In this document: piece by piece, positions 28,701-31,246 of the stretch
How positions within the stretch are numbered: the stretch's first letter is position 1
How the letters are laid out: the number at the start of each line of letters is the position of its first letter
Origin: a virus
Lineage: Duplodnaviria > Caudoviricetes
Direction: 5' to 3' (one strand)
DNA length: 31,246 nt
IMG/VR virus record: IMGVR_UViG_3300021960_000319
Location: 1 to 31,246 of that record
The notes under the pieces: generated by a model
What the model saw: only the letters and a program-made list of their open reading frames with translations
Told to the model about the DNA's origin: nothing
Databases searched by the model: none
Made by a program: the position numbers and the translations under genes

Positions 28701-30176
28701 ACATCTCCAGATGGTGTTACATGGACAGATACTGGTACTGCATTACCAGCGGCCAGTGCTTGGAATAGTATAGCATACGGTAATAACATTTATGTAGCGA
28801 TCGCAACAGATTCAAACGATGCGGCGATGTCCAAAAACGGTACAACTTGGGTAGCTTCAACAGTTGGATCAGCTGATGGATCATCAGCGGCTAACTTAGA
28901 AAAAATTAAATATGGTCAAGGATTATTTGTAGCGACATCATATGTCACAGGCACCGCTGATTACAACTGGATAGCAACGTCTCAAGATGGATTGTATTGG
29001 GAATGGAAAGGATTCGACGGACTAGACAACGGTATAGCAGGTTACAATGCGTTAGCATTTGGTAATCCAAATAGAGTAGGATACTGGACATTAATTAATT
29101 ATGATTCTGGTAATAACGTAGCAAGAGTTAGAACAGGTGCTAAAGCTAAAGGTCGTGCGTATGTTTCACAAACTAAGATCTTTGCTGTTAGATTAACTGA
29201 ACCAGGTTCAGGATACGACACAGCTCCAACAATGACGATTACCGATCCTAATAACACTAACGAAGCACCATTTACAATACGCATCGGTAACGGTGCATTA
29301 GGTAATCCGACATTTACCAACAGAGGCGCTAACTATACAGCATCTACTGCTGAAATATTAACAGGTGACGGATATGCAGATTACTTCCAAACTGGATCAT
29401 ATGTTGCTGTTAAACACATTTCAACAAGACCTGTTGCTGGATCTAACGTAGTATTTGATAGTTTACCAGGAAGAACATTTAAACTAGTTAATATTATTAC
29501 ATTCTTAGGATCATTAGACGGTAGTTATACAGCGTTCTATCAAATAAGCCCGAGCTTACAAATAGTTGAATCTCCACCGCACGAGGACTCGATCGAAACA
29601 AGAATTAGATATTCGCAGGTTCGATTAACAGGACACGATTTCTTAGATATCGGTACAGGTAGTTTCATAGAAACAAACTATCCAGGAACACCTACACAGG
29701 TTCCTATTCCTGCAAATGAAACAGTTGACAATAATGGCGGTAGGGTGTTCTACACTTCAACTGACCAGGATGGTAACTTTAGAGTTGGTTCATTGTTCAG
29801 TATTGAACAGTCAACTGGTATTGCGACATTGAATGCTGATGCATTTAACATCGCAGGATTACAAGAATTATCACTTGGTGAAGTTTCGCTAGGTGGTGGA
29901 TCTGCAAGTATTAGTGAGTTTTCAACAGACCCATTCTTTACTGCAAACAGTGATAGTATTGTTCCAACACAACGTGCTATCAAGGCTTACATTAGTTCAC
30001 AGATTGGCGGTGGTGGTGCGTCATTGAATGTAAATAGTGTAACAGCAGGATCGGTGTTTATTAACACTAATCAAATCACCACAATTGGTGGAACATTAAT
30101 TAATATGAGAGGTAAGTTCAAATTCTCAGGACAGGTAGATGGTTATCCTGTGGCTTGGAACTACTTCTTGAACTAA
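22704..30176 (+). CDS. Giant multidomain virion protein C2 with four phycobiliprotein-like helical repeats
   Basis: 2490 aa, collinear paralog of C1 with added C-x-R-D helical repeats and three small beta inserts. Asp-box repeats at about 28270-29120. Confidence 0.75.
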   Translation: MAEFRLGRIRFVWKDAWVTATTYYVDDVVRYGGKTYICVVGHTSAADFYTDLDISPSKWNLMTDGQSWKGDWATSTFYAIGDIVKYGGNLYIANDSHTSQSLSANGLEADIANWDAYAEGFDWKNNWATTTRYKANDIVRYGGQTYVCNTGHTSASTDSDGLEVDQGKWDYFNKGFEFKGAYSSAGVRYKINDVVKQGSNLFLCTTAYTSATNFTAEQANWQLWVQGVEFEDQWNGGGTAYQVGDIVRYGGNQYISKTNHTASASSPPSTNTTDWYLFAENFNWANDWAINTSYKIGDVTRVNGNTYVALQDSPSISTTATATAATGNLVTVGDTTGMVADMAIQFSGTSIDGINNGATYYIANVASGTTITIKETLAGSAKTLTNDTGSMTVNASFHPINTTYWNRLNSGISWQGDWTDDNEYEVGDAVRYNANAYICVTKHRAESDDGSSIGVEGGGAVNSRPDQDTSGTYWNLLNIGSDTAVLTTQGDLVYFAGAGPARLPVGQEGQILRVSTDLEPEWATLGVTENAYYVAPHGTDGPAPINGRTVDKPWKTIRYACEQIEKGTKFPNAARLLELNRAFIAREVVEWIDYQVTNTIAPFDGAFVYEDFRCARDVGLVIDALIHDLTHGGNVKIRGAAQAVVGALVESELAGTGSYSKLVEEKEESAAAYGYFLTLVENILNQQAPSTNYQTTNGDNSTAVVSQYTETGIPAEAGALTNITTNLVIYTNAIADGDSSRIPARYVEPVVIIIKTGQYREVLPIIVPEHVCLLGDEVRSVNAGPAGSLVHKSDAKYSIETVNHLVSVIGDIVKGTSVTPTSGNVTAQEQDYPFADTPEETRVEQLARIIANQEDFKINTNVLRTLTDPTNYNTSYLVGYGDARKLIKENKQFFQEEVIAYITENYPNVKYSKTKCRRDVGYIVDAIVYDLTYGGNYQSLNAGLAYYEGATLLVDSTEKAATVAAYGQLKTAMAAVAEQSSYTALQSTVAPYADTAGSAAAKTLIETNIQIIADIVNGGTASAPNITVTAIATNEATATSHGLTVGDSFTPRTTANGFVAGTKYWVLTVPGANTFTVSQTFGGSTHTLTNGSGLSIVGDVIDYPATSGVDPGIIQAARDLDAGQETLVTALTSYISTNYPSLTYDSAKCQRDTRLITEAVMFDFMFNSNFATRVASHAYLRGNASEVYTLSQKAATRAAYADLAATIAGDTATYLNSEALAASRTATLFTTLDDIIYMGSFEGNNCANGTRNVEAAVYQLEVNRAFLKAEATAYIVDAYSDTVTATAISTNQITISDTSWLQRGTSVRFASAIGGLSANTTYYVIKIVDSTDFIVSTTRTGSAVTLSNASGSVAVTLFYNTTACLRDIDAYIDALKYDIKYPGNYKSLMASRYYYNAVLGSLEEDMYYVRNATGVRNMTLDGLSGDLLAPNTYGTSRVSAGAYVSLDPGWGPDDYRTWVTTRSCYVQNVTTFGTAAIGQKIDGALHNGGNDSIVSNDFTQVISDGIGAWVTNNGRAELVSVFTYYSHIGYLSENGGRIRGTNGNNSYGDFGSVAEGFDATETVGTAAVDNHNFKATVGEVLTNGSNLLAYAFDNAGNDYTEATWTISGAGTGAIADQDEFRDGAVFQVRLLELALAGSPGEFGGANYLTNQNTAQGGTTTSITIAAVDSELSTAYVGMKVYLTGGTGAGQYGTVATYNAGTKLATVTRETDGGAGWEHIVPGTTIVAPDASTTYVLEPRISFTAPTTSTTVSTMSASTTWTSAVYGNTNATYTGQTGTYGGTGSGATWDVVRNGTKYIVSSATAGTGYSRQETITIAGTSLGGTTTANDLTIKVTSINASTGAIEAFEATGYGSGGVYVAVASGGTAASSSADGETWTARTLPSSGTWSVVEHGEFDDGSSNLKVSRFVALRSGSTAAAYSADGVTWTASTLPASAAWTDIVFGEGRFVAIASDSTTVAISQDGEVWDITGTLNSTGWTAITHGNGTFVAVKSGSQDVATSPDGVTWTDTGTALPAASAWNSIAYGNNIYVAIATDSNDAAMSKNGTTWVASTVGSADGSSAANLEKIKYGQGLFVATSYVTGTADYNWIATSQDGLYWEWKGFDGLDNGIAGYNALAFGNPNRVGYWTLINYDSGNNVARVRTGAKAKGRAYVSQTKIFAVRLTEPGSGYDTAPTMTITDPNNTNEAPFTIRIGNGALGNPTFTNRGANYTASTAEILTGDGYADYFQTGSYVAVKHISTRPVAGSNVVFDSLPGRTFKLVNIITFLGSLDGSYTAFYQISPSLQIVESPPHEDSIETRIRYSQVRLTGHDFLDIGTGSFIETNYPGTPTQVPIPANETVDNNGGRVFYTSTDQDGNFRVGSLFSIEQSTGIATLNADAFNIAGLQELSLGEVSLGGGSASISEFSTDPFFTANSDSIVPTQRAIKAYISSQIGGGGASLNVNSVTAGSVFINTNQITTIGGTLINMRGKFKFSGQVDGYPVAWNYFLN

Positions 30177-30188
30177 CGGAGAACATAA

Positions 30189-30509
30189 ATGGCAACAGGA
30201 ATTTTAGGTAGACAAAACTTATCAGCGGCGGCTGATACAACACTGTACACCGTTCCAGCAGATACATTCGCAGTAGTTTCAGTATCTGTAGTTAATAGAG
30301 GCGCGGCCTCTGCTAACATTAGGATCGCTGTATCAAATTCAGGCACACCTGCCGATGCAGATTATTTAGAATATGATGCTGAAGTTTTAGCAAAAGGTGT
30401 TTTAGAAAGAACAGGTATCGTTATGGATGCTGGTAAAGTATTAGTTGTTAGATCGAGTGCGATTAACGTTAATGCTGTAGCGGTTGGCATTGAAACTGCG
30501 ACTGCGTAA
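30189..30509 (+). CDS. Small beta-sandwich structural protein (paralog family A)
   Basis: 106 aa with TTLYTVPA...AVVSVSVVN...NIRIAV...LERTGIVM. Confidence 0.7.
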   Translation: MATGILGRQNLSAAADTTLYTVPADTFAVVSVSVVNRGAASANIRIAVSNSGTPADADYLEYDAEVLAKGVLERTGIVMDAGKVLVVRSSAINVNAVAVGIETATA

Positions 30510-30530
30510 ATAATATAAAAGGAAGAGATT

Positions 30531-31181
30531 ATGGGACGTAGAATATCAACAGGTGTATTACCGGGAGGGGTAGGATTCCTGTCATTTGATACTACTAATA
30601 TCACAACAGTTAAGGATAATGAAAATTTAGTACTTACTGCTGACGGTACTGGTATTGTCGATGTACAGAAAGATTTAACTCTTACTGCAGGTAATTTAAC
30701 AGTAAACGCACAAGGCGATGTAAGATTCGCAGATTCAGACAGTTCAAACTATGTTGCTATCCAAGGACCAGCGACTGTTGGCACCAACTACACAATTACT
30801 CTTCCTAGTGCTGTAGCAGGTGCAAATGGTTATGCATTAAAATCAACTACTGGTGGTGTAACATCTTGGGGACCAGCAGATCCTTTTGCAGGAACATATT
30901 CGACTCAAACAACAAGTTTTGCGACGGCGGCATTTAATTGTTATTTTGTAAATACATCAGGTGGTGTTGTTACAGCAACGTTGCCAAGTTCTCCGGCAGT
31001 AGGCGACACTATTAGATTCCTTGATGTAGCAAAAACATTTGATACAAATTCTCTTACAGTTGCACGTAATGGCAAATTAATACAAGGTGATGCGGCTGAT
31101 ATGACAGTTTCAACAGAGTCGGCGGCATTTGATTTAATATTCTCAGGCGATACATTTGGCTGGAGAATCTTCTCTGTATAA
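30531..31181 (+). CDS. Tail-fibre-like structural protein
   Basis: 216 aa. The C-terminal YFVNTSGG..TATLPSSPAVGD.I.F.D...TFDTN.LTVARNG..I.G...GW domain is typical of T4-like fibre/baseplate proteins. Confidence 0.7.
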   Translation: MGRRISTGVLPGGVGFLSFDTTNITTVKDNENLVLTADGTGIVDVQKDLTLTAGNLTVNAQGDVRFADSDSSNYVAIQGPATVGTNYTITLPSAVAGANGYALKSTTGGVTSWGPADPFAGTYSTQTTSFATAAFNCYFVNTSGGVVTATLPSSPAVGDTIRFLDVAKTFDTNSLTVARNGKLIQGDAADMTVSTESAAFDLIFSGDTFGWRIFSV

Positions 31182-31201
31182 TGATTGAAAAGGTTTAATT
31201 A

Positions 31202-31246
31202 ATGGCAACCTACGGAAGTTACAAAAAAATAGCGGCAGATCAATAT
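31202..31246 (+). CDS. Start of the next gene (3'-truncated), MATYGSYKKIAADQY
   Basis: ATG after AAAGG, with the frame open to the window edge. Confidence 0.5.
   Translation, partial: MATYGSYKKIAADQY

Noticed and set aside
19179-29650. Diversity-generating retroelement template/variable repeat pair
   Set aside because: Matches are short, in-frame paralog cores; mismatches are not adenine-specific and there is no reverse transcriptase in the window.
331-30604. Many antisense or alternate-frame ORFs inside long genes (e.g. 331-795, 7746-8087, 20450-21277, 28274-28789)
   Set aside because: Fully nested in convincing genes, with no recognisable motifs; typical shadows of biased codon usage.
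1-31246. Stop-codon reassignment
   Set aside because: Genes are intact and tightly packed under the standard bacterial code. TAA dominates, and reading through the TAG at 16509-16511 hits TAA two codons later.
1-31246. tRNA, rRNA, CRISPR array, intron, intein or transposase
   Set aside because: No intergenic region shows such a structure, and the conserved head genes are uninterrupted.

Overview
A gene-dense, AT-rich segment of a large tailed dsDNA phage distantly related to T4. It covers virion morphogenesis: a minus-strand gp26-like baseplate hub/tail-assembly gene with a short gp51-like partner ORF, a divergent tape-measure-like gene, a T4-type head module (portal, acidic core protein, prohead protease, scaffold, major capsid), and about 20 kb of paralogous fibre/appendage genes including giants of 1921 and 2490 aa. 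Main observations: (1) four phycobiliprotein-like helical repeats with the C-x-R-D bilin-attachment motif inside the 2490-aa protein; (2) a slippery heptamer plus hairpin that would fuse the gp26-like and gp51-like ORFs by -1 frameshifting; (3) apparent window-wide avoidance of GCWGC, visible in Ala-Ala codon choice; (4) two structured GC-rich 5' leaders; (5) TAAATA late-promoter motifs, two positioned to give leaderless mRNAs; (6) a glycosyltransferase-like gene inside the head operon. All family calls are by eye; no searches were run.
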